A DNA stretch of 64,000 nucleotides, taken from positions 15,006,001-15,070,000 of the forward strand of contig NC_087437.1 of NCBI RefSeq assembly GCF_036321535.1, given 5' to 3'. Under the pieces are notes generated by a model. The model was not told where the DNA came from and searched no databases. It saw only the letters and a list, made by a program, of their open reading frames with translations. Shown here in pieces: positions 36,845-50,152 of this stretch (position 1 is its first letter; the number at the start of each line of letters is the position of its first letter). The DNA comes from Camelus dromedarius. Taxonomy: Eukaryota. Made by a program: the position numbers and the translations under genes.

Positions 36845-39479
36845 CTATCTCACATTCCTAAAAGATGCCCCTCTTCGCTTCACTCTGCCTCTGCCTCCTC
36901 TCCCGCAGTGGGGCGAGGCGGCTGGTCACCTGCAACAGAGCCTCACAGGTTACTCTGCCTTAGACTGAAGCCACCAGCCAGCCTGGGCAGAGGCTGTGGG
37001 AGGGCAGGGGCTGTGATGACCTCCCCACGCATTTCCCACAGCACTTCCAGCCCTCCCCTGAGCTGAGGTGGGTAGATGAGCAGACACTGCTGTCTAGACC
37101 TGAACTCTGGCTTCGAGCGACCCTCGAGCTGCGTGATGGAGGCAGGGGAGGAGCTGAGTTCTTCCGGCTCAGCACCTGGAGTCCTGCCCTCTGATGACGC
37201 AGGTAGGAGAGGACCAGGGTGGGAGGGCCAGCTGGGCACCTCTCCAGGCCTGCACTTTACATTCTGATCTGGGCAGCAGCCTCAAGTGCGTTGGCTGGAT
37301 GTGGAGGAGAAAAAGGGGGTGCTTCATGAATTAGAATCAGAGGAGAATTTCCGGATCCTGGTGTGACAAGTAGGATCTGTTAATATCCTAAAAATAAGTG
37401 GCTAATCTGGGAGTGGCTTTTTTCTCCCTAAAAAGAAACCCTTCTCAGAGGAGCTCTCTACACAGAGAAGAACAGAACCAAAGATCTCCTGCCCTCAAGG
37501 CTTGACCCTATTCACGGCAGCCCAGTCTGGGAACCGCAGGGTCCCCGTGGGGCAGCGCGGACCGGCCTCGGGGAGGGAGAGGCGAGGCTCATTCTGCTCG
37601 TGGAAGCCCAGCGTCTGCAGCACTGCGGCAATGGAGCTGATGAAGCCCTCCCTCATCCCCCAGGAAGAGGCGAGATCCCTTCTCTCCACCCCTGCTCTGC
37701 CTGGCTGGGGTCATCAGCCCTCCTTACAGCTGTAGCCCCCATCCCTCACCTGGTCCTCCACACAGATACAGAATTGGTCCCATCACTCCTGTGCCCCAGT
37801 ACCAATCAGTGCCTCCATGGGATCCTCCAGCCTTTAATTCTTTTTGGTCAGGACCCCAGGATGGACACTACCACTCCCTGGAGCCCTGTACCACTGGGCT
37901 TTCCCAAGGCCACAGCACGTGGCCAGCTGGCCCTGCAGCGGGGACACATGTACATCTGTCTGTCTGGTGGGAGCGTCTCCCCAGCACCTCAGTGTTCTCA
38001 TGGCTCTCTTTCCCTCATACCTCCTGACTCCCCTGGTTCTCCTCTCCCAGCCCTCTCGGTCCACTGGACCGGGAAATACACAAGAAACGTCTTTTCTGAA
38101 TCCTTCACTTTATTCCTTCAGTTTGAGCCATGTTTACTCCCCGTTCATCAACAGGGCCATTTTCTCTACCTCTCTCGGAATCCACACACGGCCCCTGGAG
38201 GGGACGGTTTCCCGTGGGGAGGCCACACCTGCAGCTGTCCAGTCCTGAACCAGGGATGCATCTCTTGGTCCTGCCTCCGCCCCAAGGGTGGGGACAACCA
38301 GGGGACCAGCAGGGGTTTGAACAGATCAAAGCTGAGCTGGGCTGCTCGTGACCAACTTCCAGGCTATTTTCTCTGTGCCAGGGACCCTGGGCAAGGGTGA
38401 CACCTCTGCTGAGTATCAACTTGAGGGCACAGGTCCCCTCAGCCATCCTGACCTCATAGACAACTACTGTGGCCCTGCTCAAAGGGGACATTGCAACTGA
38501 CAGTGATGCATAATTAGGATATTCTCCCCCCACCAGCTACACTGGCAAAGGAATCCCCAGGTAGGGCTCGGTAACCTCCATGAGCACTGCTTGGGCAGAT
38601 GACAGGAGGGGCAGGGAGCAGAGGCCACCAGGGCTTTGGAGGCAGGGGTTTCAGGCCTGGAGAACAGCTCATCGGACCATGAGCGGGCCTGCAGGCAGGG
38701 GACCGAACAGCCTGCCCCTCTGGGCGGGGGCCGGGTTCAGGGTGGCAGCCCCCTGCCTCCCTGTGGCTCCCACCTTTTGCGTTTTGTGCAGCTGGCTTCA
38801 GGTTGGGTTTCTGTGTCCAAGGAGGGAGGTTCTTTCCCACATAGTCCTCCCTCAAGTCCTCAGGGGCCCCTGCGCTTGCTGGGGACCTGGAAGCCAGCAG
38901 AGGAGAGCAAGGGAATCCAAGGAAGAAAGCAAAAGTCAGGTGTGTGCTGGAGGAGGAGCCCAGCAAGGGGGCAGTGACAGGAGGCTGCACAAGAGGGCAT
39001 GGGAGCTCACAGACCTGGTGACAGAGGGTGGAGGGAGCCCCCACACCCAGCGGCCAGAGGGGGCTGGCGAAGCTTGCACATCCAAGGACCACGGGCCTGG
39101 GGAGCTTACACACCCGATGGCCAGCTTCTCACCAGGGGGCACATCCCGCCCTGAGCAGGTGGCAGAGGGGAAGAGTCCGGCAGGACTGCCAGCAGTCCAG
39201 GAGCACCCAGGCAGGACAGAAGCGGTCAGGAAACCCAGGTCACTGTAAAGGCTGGAAGGACAGAGGGGCTGAAGGTGGCCAGTCTGGGTCCACCTGAGGA
39301 CAGTGTGGCCTTGCAGAGAAGGACAAAAGCCCCTCCCCTACAGCCCTTCATTGTTCCTGAGTTCTCACTCAACAGAGAAACAATCAAGGAAATATGCATC
39401 CCCAGTGGAGCTAAACTTCAGGGCCAGAAGGAAGTTCAAGCTCACCTCTCACAAGCCTTCCTCTAAATGCCATCCTCTG

Positions 39480-39900
39480 CATGTTCCCAGCTGGCCTGGT
39501 TCAGGCCGCCTGGATCGCCTGCCTGCAACTGGGCCACATCCTCATCTTCTAACCCATGTGCATGTCTCTCCTTGGCTGAAACCCCCCAGTGGATCCCGCT
39601 GCCTGCAGGGAAGACCCATACTCCTGTGTGTGGACACAAAGCCCCAGGAACCAGGGTTCAACTCCTCTCACCACGCTCCCACAACCCACGCCAAGGTCCA
39701 GCCACCGTAAACCACCCTCGATTCCCCAGGAGGACCATGCCCTTCACAGCCCTCGGCCTTGGCACAGCCAGGCTTCCTCTGTTCACAATGCCTCCCCTTG
39801 CCTGCCGGTGAATTCTGTTCACTGGGCACTACCTCCTCTGGGAAGCCTTCCCTGATTCCCCCAGGAGACCACGCCCACAGCCTTGCTGTGTACTTAATGT
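39480..39900. mobile_element. L2 3' fragment (others at ~11000, 19450, 42020, 44900 and 50270)
   Basis: cacctcctctgggaagccttccctga-type L2 hallmark at ~39830-39856. Confidence 0.6.
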
Positions 39901-42303
39901 TCATATTGACACTGGCTGAGACTTACTACCTACTTACCTCGGGCCAAGCACTGTCCTACGAACAGCGCTACAGAACCTCTAGCCTGCAGTCCCCTGGGCC
40001 GTGTCCTCGGGGAAGGCCAGGAGCAGTGAAGTTGAGGTGCTCTGCTTGTGAGCAGCTGTGGGGCCACAGGGCAGGTTTGGGTGAGTCTGCCCCTCCCTGC
40101 TGGGCAGGGCAGCAGGGAAAACACCAAACAACCGCAGACTCGGAGAGCTGGGGGCTCTTCTCAGCTCAGCACTAACGGCTTCTGGGTCCTGCACTCTGTG
40201 TGAGTGCTGATGCCTCTCAGAGCCCCACTTCCCTCATCTGTAATATGGGATAAGCAGCCCCACCTGTCAGATCACAGGGACGCGCGTCCTGCCACTCACT
40301 ACACAAAAACGGTCCCTCAGTGAGTCTCAAAACCTCGCACCCTACTTCTCTTCCCCTTGTGCATGTACGGAGGTGGGGGATCGCTGTCACTATTTCATTA
40401 ACAAAATTACCTCTCACTGGAGCATTTAACACGTGCCGTGTACTGATATATTTGGTCTTCATGAAAGTCCAACAAGGGAATGAATACCCTACTATCTGGG
40501 GAGGAAAATGAGCACAGAGTGGTCCTGATACATCCCAACACCCAGACACCTAGGGTGGCAGCCCAGGGCTCAGGAGGACTGCGTTGGTGATGGGGCTGGA
40601 GTAGGAGCCAGGACTGGGTCAATAAGGCTGCTGGTCCGCTGGGGACACCGCATACCCCGGGTGGCTCTGACCCTTTCCCAGCCCTCCCTGCCTACCACCC
40701 ACCCACCTGGATGCAGAAGGGAGTCCTGGAGTCGGAGTACCTGGGAGCTGTCACCCTTCTGCTGTCCTCATCACGGGTCCTCTCTGTACGGAATAAACGT
40801 CTGCCAGCAGGAAGGGCAGGACAACCCCATCCCTGTTGCCTGGCAACCTGAGCCAAACACATCATCAGAAAGGATGAGCCAGAGCACCCCAGGGGCACAG
40901 CAGGGAGGGCTGGGCCCAGGCAGGTGGGCCTAGAATGCCTGCCAAGAGACGAGGTGGCAGCCTGGAGACGACCCTGCACTGGGACCTGGGGCAGTTCCGG
41001 GGGAAACATTTGGCAGAGGCCCTGATCCCGTGCCTTCATCCCTGCAGCCCCCTAACCCATGCCGTGTCCAGGCTGGGAGTGTTACTGGCTTGGCATCATA
41101 CTCTAAGCTGGCGCTGAATTATAGAACCAGTTAGAGCTCCAGTGGGCTGAGTGATCAGCAAGTCCAAGAGCCTCCGGGGACAGATGGAGAAAGCCGGAGA
41201 TGGGCTGGGGCTTATCCATTCACACAGCCAGCCAGGGGCACACCCCAGACAGAACTAGCATCTCCAGGGCCCCGATATCTCCAGGCCTGGAGGAAGAGTG
41301 AGGCTAGGGGAAGGATTACCCCAGAGCAGGTGGGAGCCAGCTGCTCAGTGTGACTGGCTCTTCCCTTCCTGGTAATAAGTTCTCAGCTGGAACCTGGGGA
41401 GCGTCCCTCCTCCACCACAGTAGGCCTCGGGCTCATGGACGGCTTTAGCTTCCGCCACCGGAAGCAGCTCCTTTCAAATCTCCCCAGATAAGCAGCTCAT
41501 TCTGCATAAGAACAGAGTGCCTGCTATGCAACCCTGGCTCCATCGAACTCTTGCACAGAGACCTGCTTCCTTCCGAGAGCCCACTGCCCTCCTCCCCGCT
41601 CAGGGCCCCCTCCCCTCGCCAGCCTGGGGGAATCTAAGGCCTCTCCCGCCCACCTCCATGCTGTGCTCACAGGCTCCTCTTCAGCAAAGAACTTCGTGTG
41701 TAATTCCCTGGGAGGCATTCATGGGGCACCTCGTGTCCATAAGGCCTCACCATTCTTCTGTCCACTGCCCCCCAACCCCACCCAACCCCGAGCCTGGCCT
41801 GCCTTTGAGGCAGGAGGCCCAACAGTTCCCTGTTTCTTGTGTGACCAGGGTTCGGATTCCAATCCTGCCACACCAGCCGTGAGTCCCTGGGCACAACCAG
41901 CTCTCTCTGAGCCTCTGCCTCCTGGCCTGCAAAACAGGACGGATCTTACACCTACCATGGGGTGTGGGGAAGGTCACGGTGCCTGGTGGAGCCTTGGGCA
42001 CAGTGGGTTTTCCTAGATGCCACCTGGGTTAACTGGGGGAAGGACACAGGAACCCAGGAGGGTCAGCTCCATTTTGTCAGGAAGGAATGGACCCCTCCCC
42101 ATCCACCCTCCTCTCCAAGCCACTAGAATGACGACCCTTCCGAAGCAGCGACGTGCTTGAGCCACTCCGCTGCTGAGCCCCTCCATCAGTTCTCCACCTC
42201 CCTTGGGATGAAGTTCCAGCTCACGCGTGGGCCCGCCTCTGTGACCTGCCCTCACCTCATCTCCAGCCGCAGGGGAGACTGGGTGTGCCAGTTACCCCCA
42301 TAG

Positions 42304-42349
42304 GGGAAACCCCTTTCTCTAGGGAAACCCCTTTCTCTAGGGAAACCCC
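42304..42349. repeat. 18-bp tandem repeat (gggaaacccctttctcta x2.6)
   Basis: GGGAAACCCC at 42304, 42322 and 42340. Confidence 0.9.
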
Positions 42350-45300
42350 ACTAAGACAGCAAGCCCCTTCCCCAACTGTCCAGGCCCTGGAAAAAAGCTG
42401 TGGTCTCCAGCACAGAATGCACTGGAATGAAGTCTTCCTCCCTTGCCTGTCCACCGCCCACAGCACCTGCTGGAGCTCCAGTCTGCCTTCCTTTTGATGC
42501 ATTTTTCTGGAAGTAACCTTTGCTTTAAAGGCTCTATTCTGCCCTCAGGGGTGAGGTTATCACCTGCTTTCTCCTGAACCCTGGTCTGTCCCTTGGGTAT
42601 GCCACCACCTGGGAAGAGGTGATACCCAGCCCGGGACACATGGTTGAGTCACCCAGGCTCCCACTGGCCTTGTTACCAAGAGACCAGGATAAATATGCTT
42701 TTCTACTAAAAATAGATAATTTTACGAAAATGATGATGTAGTCATGGCAGTGAAATTTCCTTTTTCAAAAAGATCCCACTTAATTCCGGGCCCAAGTTAG
42801 CGAAATAATAAAGGGAGTGGGGAAGTTCAACCCCCCCCCCCAAAACAGTAAAGGACCTCTGTGAGGAGCCCTCTCCTGCCCTGTTCCAGGAATCTTCCTC
42901 CTCTCCTGCCGTGTTCCAGGAAGCGGAGACCAGCCTCCTCACCACTGCAATCCCCTCGGGGCTTCAGTGCCCAGGCCCTGCCTGGGCCCCACTTTCCAGC
43001 AGCCTGTCTTTCGGGCTCTCACAAAAGCTGCCCATCTCAAGGGCGTGTCTGGTGCTTCTCCCTGGCAACCTTCCCCATCTTCTCTGTGGTGAGAAATGGA
43101 AAAGGATGACAGACCGACAGACACATAGACGGCTGAGGAGATGCCCAGTACAGCAGCCCACCCCTGATGCTTATAAATTTTGCTGTTCTACCTAACCTTC
43201 CCTCACCTTCCCCCGTGGGTCTGTGCATCAATTTTCTCTAAATTATTTACACTGAGACCAGACAGCCCTGCACACTCAATGGCTCATTCATTCTGCAACA
43301 GTGGAGGACACGCGGCCGGAGGACAGGGACTCTGCAGCCTGGGTGGGACACAGATGGTACCACCCTCAGGCCTGCCCTGGGCCAGTCTGCAATGTCAAAG
43401 CAATACCTATAAGCATAAATATTCATGGGCTGATTTTAGGGACGTGATAAGTAGCGAAGGACAATGAGGTTACCCGGTTACATTTTAATGGTATTCATTA
43501 CAATTTGGAGGCTGCAAATGATAATGATGATCAGACCATGCAAACGATGGCAATTACTATTACATCTGCACAGAGAGTGTCCTCATTCCTTCTTTTTTCT
43601 TTTCTGGCTAGTTCTCGAGTTATCTATCATCAACACTGAGGGCGCCACCTTTCTCCTAAACCAACTACAAGTTACTTCTCATCTTGGTGTCTGTCTGACT
43701 GTCTGTCTGTCTCACCTCCCCCACACCTCTTCAAACAAAATAAAGCAAAGGTTCTGGGTCTGTACCCAACATTCAAGTTCTCTCTCTCTCACATTCCAGC
43801 CATTGAGGCAGGGAGAAAAATTGGGCAGAGAGGGGCTGAGGCACACAGCTGCGTGGTAATTTACCCCAGAGCTCTGCTGGGGTTGGATGTGTCCCTTCCG
43901 CCCCACCCTTCTGCTGGCCTGGCTGCTTTCTCACAGTTCTTCAGAGAAGGTGGTGGGGATAAGGGCTGCCCTGAGGAATTCAGCTTCTGTGAGAGGAATG
44001 CTGCACTGGGCACGACCGAGGCTAAATGATCCCATCCTCTGTGAAAGATGCTTCAGTGTTGCTGATAAAAAATCTTCGGGCTTGAGAAAGCGGCAGGTGT
44101 CAGGATGAACAACCCTATCTCAAAGCCGCCTTGATTTCTTTCACTTTCAATCTACAGAGGGGCCATCAGCGATTCCCACACGGCAAAGGTCTCTCATCAT
44201 TTTCAGATGAGACGTTTAATGAGCACAAGCCTCCTGCAGGCGGGGAGGGGGAAAGATGACTAAGATCCAGTCACCTCAAGGTGCTGACATTTGCCCTGAA
44301 GGGACTCAACGTTCAGATGGGGCATTTGTACCTAGAAAAAGCGAATAAACACTTAAAAATCCTGAGCAACCAAGACAACAGAGGTCATGGGGCAGCATGG
44401 AATTGTTTTCAAAAACACTCAGGAAAAAAACAGAAAAAAGCTCCACCATGGTGGGTGCCCAGGTGGGCTGGGCTCAGCAAAGCCAGAGGGGCTGGGAGGC
44501 AGTGGGACGTGGCTCCGGCACAAGTCCCAGGCCAGTGGTGGCCCCTGGGTGGCTGTGGCAGAGTGGGTGGAGGGAAGGCAGAGGCCAGGCTGGGCCACCA
44601 CGGTGGGGAGGGTGAGCCCTGCGGGGCGGCGAGGAATGAGATGGAAGTGGGGGCACCACCCCTCCCTCCTCAGCACTATCAGGTTGACGCCTGCGGGTCA
44701 CCCTCACCCTCCTGCTCCCACCCCACACACTTCTGCAGAGCAGAGACGAGAGCAGATAAAACTCCCTGGGGAGGGCGGGCCCCTGGCAAGACCTGCTCCC
44801 TGCTTCAGCCCAAAGGAGTCCCAGCAGACAGAAGCACTTCCTCCTCTGACACCCGCCCCCAGAGGTGGGGAGGACGCCCTGCTATGTGCTCCCACGGTGG
44901 TTGTTCCTCTCTCCTTCGTCCCAGTGCTCACAGACTTTTACTGTAATTATATCCGCAGATGTCTAGGCTCCCCAGTGGACCATAAGTTCCATGATACAGG
45001 GATACACTCAAAGAACTGATTGAATAAATAAAGGGATGCTGGAAGGAGGAAGGGAGAGAGGGGGAAGGGAAGGGAGGGGAGGGGGGTTGATGGAACAAAT
45101 GACTGAACGATCTAAGCTGCCCGCAGGGTCACTGTGCTGAGTCCAGGAGTGCCATTCACCCTGTGCTTGAGGTGGATGGCTCCTCCAGTAGCACAACTGC
45201 TGGGGGCGGGGGGGAGGGGGCTCAGGGGGGAGACCGATTAGAGGGAGAAGCTGGCCTGCTGGCCTCAGGCTGGGAAGGTAGATTGCACTTGTGTCCCTCA

Positions 45301-45716
45301 ATCTTCCTGCTTCAGCTGGAGGAGCCTCAAGGAAGGCAGATGAGCAGAGGCCAGAGGGCAGCACACACGTCCCATCCCTCTGCCCTGCCACACGCGTGGA
45401 GAAGCCCCAGGGGATGCATCAGAATTCAGGAGGAGGGCTGGGTCCCTTCTGCAGACACCTGCTCATGACTGCCTTCTATGGACACCACCAAGTGCCCAAG
45501 TGCCCTCCTCCAGTCCCCCACCACTGCCGTCAGCACAATGGCACGGCCAGCAGACCCAGAGAGCCTTCTGAGCACCAGCAGGACTGCACAGCCTCCCTAC
45601 TGCAAGGAAACCCTTCATCTGGGTCCACAGCACCCTCCCCACAATCCCTCCGCCTGCCAAGCTGACACTGCTGGCCAGCCTGTACCCCATGGTCCAGGGC
45701 ACAGCCACCATTCTGC

Positions 45717-45733
45717 TGCCAGGAGGGGGCGCT
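45717..45733 (+). promoter_or_regulatory. Candidate CTCF motif
   Basis: TGCCAGGAGGGGGCGCT; one mismatch to CCASYAGRKGGCRS. Confidence 0.5.
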
Positions 45734-48660
45734 CTCTTGTGGGCTAGAGGTGTTCTCTCCAGGGTGGCTCCTCAAGGCTTCCCACTCAAACCAGGTCCCT
45801 GAGATCTTTGAAGGCCTGATGGTCCCCGGGTTATCTGGTCAAGGGCACCCTTTCATCGCTTGGCTCTGAGGCAGGCACTCCTCTCTGGGATCCAGCTGTC
45901 TTAGAGAAATGCTACCACTATGCCAGGCACAGGAAACTAGAGAAGGCCACATCTCTCCAGCCCCTTCCCCTGGCCCCTTTCCGGGGACAGCCCATACAGG
46001 CCAGCCTATGCTGTTCTAGAAGTCTCTGTTGTGCTCAGCTGACCCAAGTTCCCCATGTACAGAAGGGGAGGTTACCTTGGAGGTCACACAGGGAGGGAGA
46101 GCCAGGGTGCGGGTGAGGGCTGCTCCCTCCACCACACAGGCTGCAGAGGATGTGGGCACAAAGGACCAACACATGTAAAAGTGCACTGCAGGCAAGATGG
46201 AAGTAGTGGCCGTAGTGGCAGTCCCCCTTCCCATCAGGCTTAGGGATGCACATGTCCCCTACCTAACTCAGGGCCCCCAGAAGCTCTGTAAAATCTATGG
46301 TAAACAACCCACTAATGACATATTAAAGTGGGAGGAGGTTTTTCAGGGCCTGGGGCTCCCTGCCAGAGGGGACCAGAGTGGCTAATAGCCAGTCTCACTG
46401 ATGGCAGTGCCTTAATGACCATGTCCCAAGGGCCCAGAAACCATGCTCCCAAACAACTAGCCCGGCACCCCTTCCAAGTCACCCAACCTAGCCAAAAGCC
46501 TGGCCAGACTATGGCAACCCTCACCCCTCTCAGGAAGGCTCCCAATTCTTGTCTTCCCCAATTCAAGGTCACCTTATTTCCCAATGACATGTTAGTGACT
46601 GGGAACAGGAGACACGGGTTCCAGCCCCAGAAATGTTAACAACTCACAACAGGACTCTGGGCCCACTCCCTGCCCCTGCTCTGGGGCGCAGACTCGCCAT
46701 ATAAATCGCTGGGGAAGTGGAGACTCACACTTTGAGGCCTTCAGCTTTCCTTTCTGTGATTTTAGGTGCAAAGCGAGTTTGCAGGGCCCAGCAGGGGCCT
46801 CAGCCTCAGGGATTCTCAGGAAGATCCGAATTTTTGCTCAGACACACCAGAGACATTCCACTCATCAAACCCCTGGTCCGTGACTGAAGTGTGTTCAGAC
46901 TGGGAATAAACAAGTGTTTGTTGAGAATCTCCCAGGGTCCAGGCCCTTGGAGAGGCACTATGGGAACACGAAAGGCTAAGAGAACTGCCCTCAAGCAACC
47001 GTTTCACAGAGAAAGAAACTAAGGCTCACAGAGGCCTCGAAATCTGCTCAAGGGAATACAGCTAAGAATTCAACTCCCAGGGCTCCAGGCCCAGTAAGAC
47101 TAGCACTGGGATGTGAAGACCCCCCCACCCCCACCCCCACCCACCAAATTCTTTCAGGCACAAGGAAAAGTTAGTTCTGTGAAACTGGAATGTATTAAGA
47201 TCAGAAACTCTGACTTCAGGACACAGGGCTGGCTGGTTGAGTGGATCTTGTTCTGAAATGTCCAGCCTGGCCCCCAAACCCTCATTAGATCTTGACCACC
47301 TTCTGATACCTTTCCCTGAGCCAACCCTCCATCCCAGGTAATGAGCAGCAGGCAGGAGCCTGCCATGTGACCTCCACCGCCCACGAGTACACACATCACA
47401 GAAACACTGTTCCCCCAACCCACCAGGTCCTCTCAAGGTTGTGTTTGTCTTGGCCCCGTGTACAGACAGGCACCAAATAGGTGAACTGGACTGGTCTGTA
47501 GAGCCAGAGCTGGTGGTCCCGCCCGCAGGGACTGCATTCTCCCAGAGCAGAGCTGATCAGGGCCCATCTTGTCTCCCTGCAGCCCCAGGTGAGAGCCTCT
47601 GGAGGGATGCTCTGAGAGCCACTCCCTCCTACAAGTGTCAGGGGGTCCGTGCTCTTCAATCTGATCTTCCCACCTTGGATTTCAGAGATGCTTTCCCAGG
47701 GAGGCTGCTGGACCGCACGTAAGCGGTCTGTCTCCCCCTCCCCCCGCCCCTGGCCCGCTGCCACGGTGACCTCCCCTCCCCCAAGAAGGGCGGCGAGCTG
47801 GGAGGTGGGGGTGGGAAGAATCCGCCGCCAACGCTCTCGGGAGGGGTGCTGGGAAGCCAGGCAGGGCGTGTCGCCTGGTCCTTTCTCTGCCCAGCGCCAG
47901 GCTTCACGGCTCTTGGTGCGAGGCGCCCCCGTATCATCCCTCAAATCTACCTCACATTAGGGAATCCTTGCTGCCCAGACCCCATATCCCCAAAGAAGCT
48001 AACACACACCGGCGAAGGGCAACGTGTCTAGAATCTTCTGTGCCCAGTCGGACATAAACCAGGGGAGGTAGGCGACCTGTTCCCCCACGACCTGCACCAG
48101 ATCTTTCCAGAGAAGACAGGTGTCGGTCTCCCTCCCGCTGCCGTCGGCCCCGGGGCCTGGTCGTGCCCGTAATTACGCATGGTTCAGAGCAGGGGCCGCA
48201 GGGAACCCCTCTGGTGCTGCGGGGTTGGGGGCGGCTAGACGCCAGCCCCGTCTCGTTCTGCAAAGAGGGGCGCCCAGCCACCTGCGCGGTCGCCCGCAGC
48301 CGGTGCCGCAGTGCGAGCGAGCCAGCGAGCCCGGAACCTGCACGCCTCGGCCGGCGCCGCCGAGTGAGCCGCCGCCCTCCAGCCTCCCCGCCGCGCCGCA
48401 CCTGCACCCCGAGCCCCCACCCCAGATCGCACCCTCACCCCCACCTTTGCCCCCAGCGCCTCCAAGGTTCTTACCCTTGGTCCCTCCCATACCCGGCCCC
48501 ACCCGAGCCGGCCCCGATCTCTCCATCTCCATCCCTACCCTCTACCCAGGCACGGAGGGGCCTTTCCCAGCCGATCCGGGGCCGGGGTCGCAATGGGGTG
48601 GATGATTTGGCGGCGGGGGCTGACTCGGCGCCCAGCCAAGAGAATAAGCGGGGTACTTAC

Positions 48661-48730
48661 CGCTCTGCTCCCCCAGGAACACCAACTTGAATTTTCTCAG
48701 TGGGTTCCCAAAATCTCCCCCTGCGGACAT
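48661..48730 (-). CDS. RAB6B: RAB6B coding exon 1 (MSAGGDFGNPLRKFKLVFLGEQS + first base of V24)
   Basis: ATG at 48730-48728 in context GCCAGCACCATGT (A at -3); 70 nt; donor GTAAG (plus-strand cttac 48656-48660). N-terminus MSAGG is RAB6B-type (RAB6A has MSTGG). Confidence 0.97.
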
Positions 48731-48754
48731 GGTGCTGGCAGCCGGGGCTGGGAG

Positions 48755-48954
48755 AGGAGGAGGAGGAGGAGGAGAAGCGAAGGAGCAGGGAGGGGAGAGG
48801 AGGAGGGCGAGGGGAGGCGGCCGGCGGTGCGGGAGCCGGAGGGGGAAGGGCTGGCTGCGCGCGTCCCTGACTCCCCAGCTGCGTCCCGGCCCCGGCCTGC
48901 GGCTGCGTGTCCAGCGGCGGCGGAGGAGGAGGAGAAAAAGGAGGAGGAGGAGGA
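48755..48954 (-). repeat. Trinucleotide repeats in the presumed RAB6B 5'UTR: (AGG)6, (GCG)3(GAG)4 and (GGA)5 on the plus strand
   Basis: Directly visible at 48755-48772, 48914-48934 and 48940-48954. Confidence 0.9.
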
Positions 48955-50067
48955 AGGCTGGGGCTGGGCTGCCGCGGGCGGCGCTTGATGCGGTGCGAGG
49001 GGCGCGCTCTGGACGCCCGAGGCGCGGCGCGGACAGCAAGGCGCGGGCGGAGCGGGGCGCAGGGACGGCGCGCGGGGCGGAGGAGCGCTCTCCGTAGTCG
49101 CACCAGTCGGCCCCCCTCCCGCCTCTCTCCTCCCGCGCCTGCGCTCTGCGCGCTCCCCAGCCTCTGATGTCATGCGGGGCCCGCAGCGCTGCGGGGCTGG
49201 GGGATGTTCGCCCACCCACCCGGAGCCCGCATCTGGGTGGGAGAGGACCGCCTCCCCGTGCCTCCGAGAGGCCCCTAAATCGAACCCTCTCTCTTTGCCC
49301 GTCTACGTCTGTCTTCCCCACTCTACCCCTCCTTTGAATCCAGAAAATGACATGAAATTGTCAGGGGACGTTTGTTTCTGGTCTTTAAACCTAGATGCCA
49401 GTCCCTTCCTCTACCTCCCGCAACACCGATGCACACTCAGCGCAGCCATCCGAGAGGGCAGAAAGGAAAGGAGTGGGGGGGAGGGGCAGGGTGTGGTGGA
49501 CCATGTGGGCGCAGACTGGCTCTATTGCAGTCCTGTGCATCTCTGGCTCTCCCTCGCGCCTTTAGCCCCAGATCCCTCCTCTGGGTGCCTCTGTGGGGTC
49601 ATAGGTGTCCCCGCAGACCTTACCAGCGAGAGAGGAGGCACCAGTAATAGGAGCACCTACCTCAAACCAACAGCTTCTAATGGTCATTTTATCCTAAACC
49701 TGCTACCTCGTGGGAGAGAAGGAGCAATTACGCCCTGAAAATCAGCGTGACCCTCTCCAGGACAGTGCTGTGGATTTCTGGACCCTGGGGCCGCCGCTGA
49801 CAATGCCACTCATTGCCCTGGCAATTACGTGTATCTGGACAGTAAGTCCCCGAGGCCAGGAGGGGGACCTCTCATCTGCCTCTGTATTCACCTGACCCGT
49901 TAAGGCACACAGAGTAGTCGTGAGTGGGTGAGAACAAGCAGAAGATGCTCTGTGGAGAAGCACTGCCAGCTCGAGCCTAGCATGGTGGTTAATTGAGGTT
50001 TTACAAAGCGGCCTCCACCTGGTCTGAACATTTATTTGGGATTATAACCCCAACGTTTGGGAACAAG

Positions 50068-50068
<1 letters not shown>

Positions 50069-50148
<80 letters not shown>
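50069..50148. repeat. Perfect (TG)40 microsatellite
   Basis: Directly visible, 80 bp. Confidence 0.95.

Positions 50149-50152
<4 letters not shown>

Larger units (their letters stand above)
47700..49330 (-). promoter_or_regulatory. RAB6B: CpG island covering the RAB6B promoter, 5'UTR and start of intron 1
   Basis: Very high GC and CpG density around exon 1; GC box GGGGCGG at ~49074-49080; no obvious TATA box. The TSS cannot be determined from sequence. Confidence 0.9.

Noticed and set aside
21010..45019. Long intronic ORFs (e.g. 21010..21876, 25241..26029, 27299..28006, 29002..29772, 37600..38400, 38580..39248, 44281..44946) as nested genes
   Set aside because: Pro/Gly/Ser/Arg-rich low-information translations, many with non-ATG starts or overlapping LTRs and microsatellites, and no recognisable domain; expected in GC-rich DNA.
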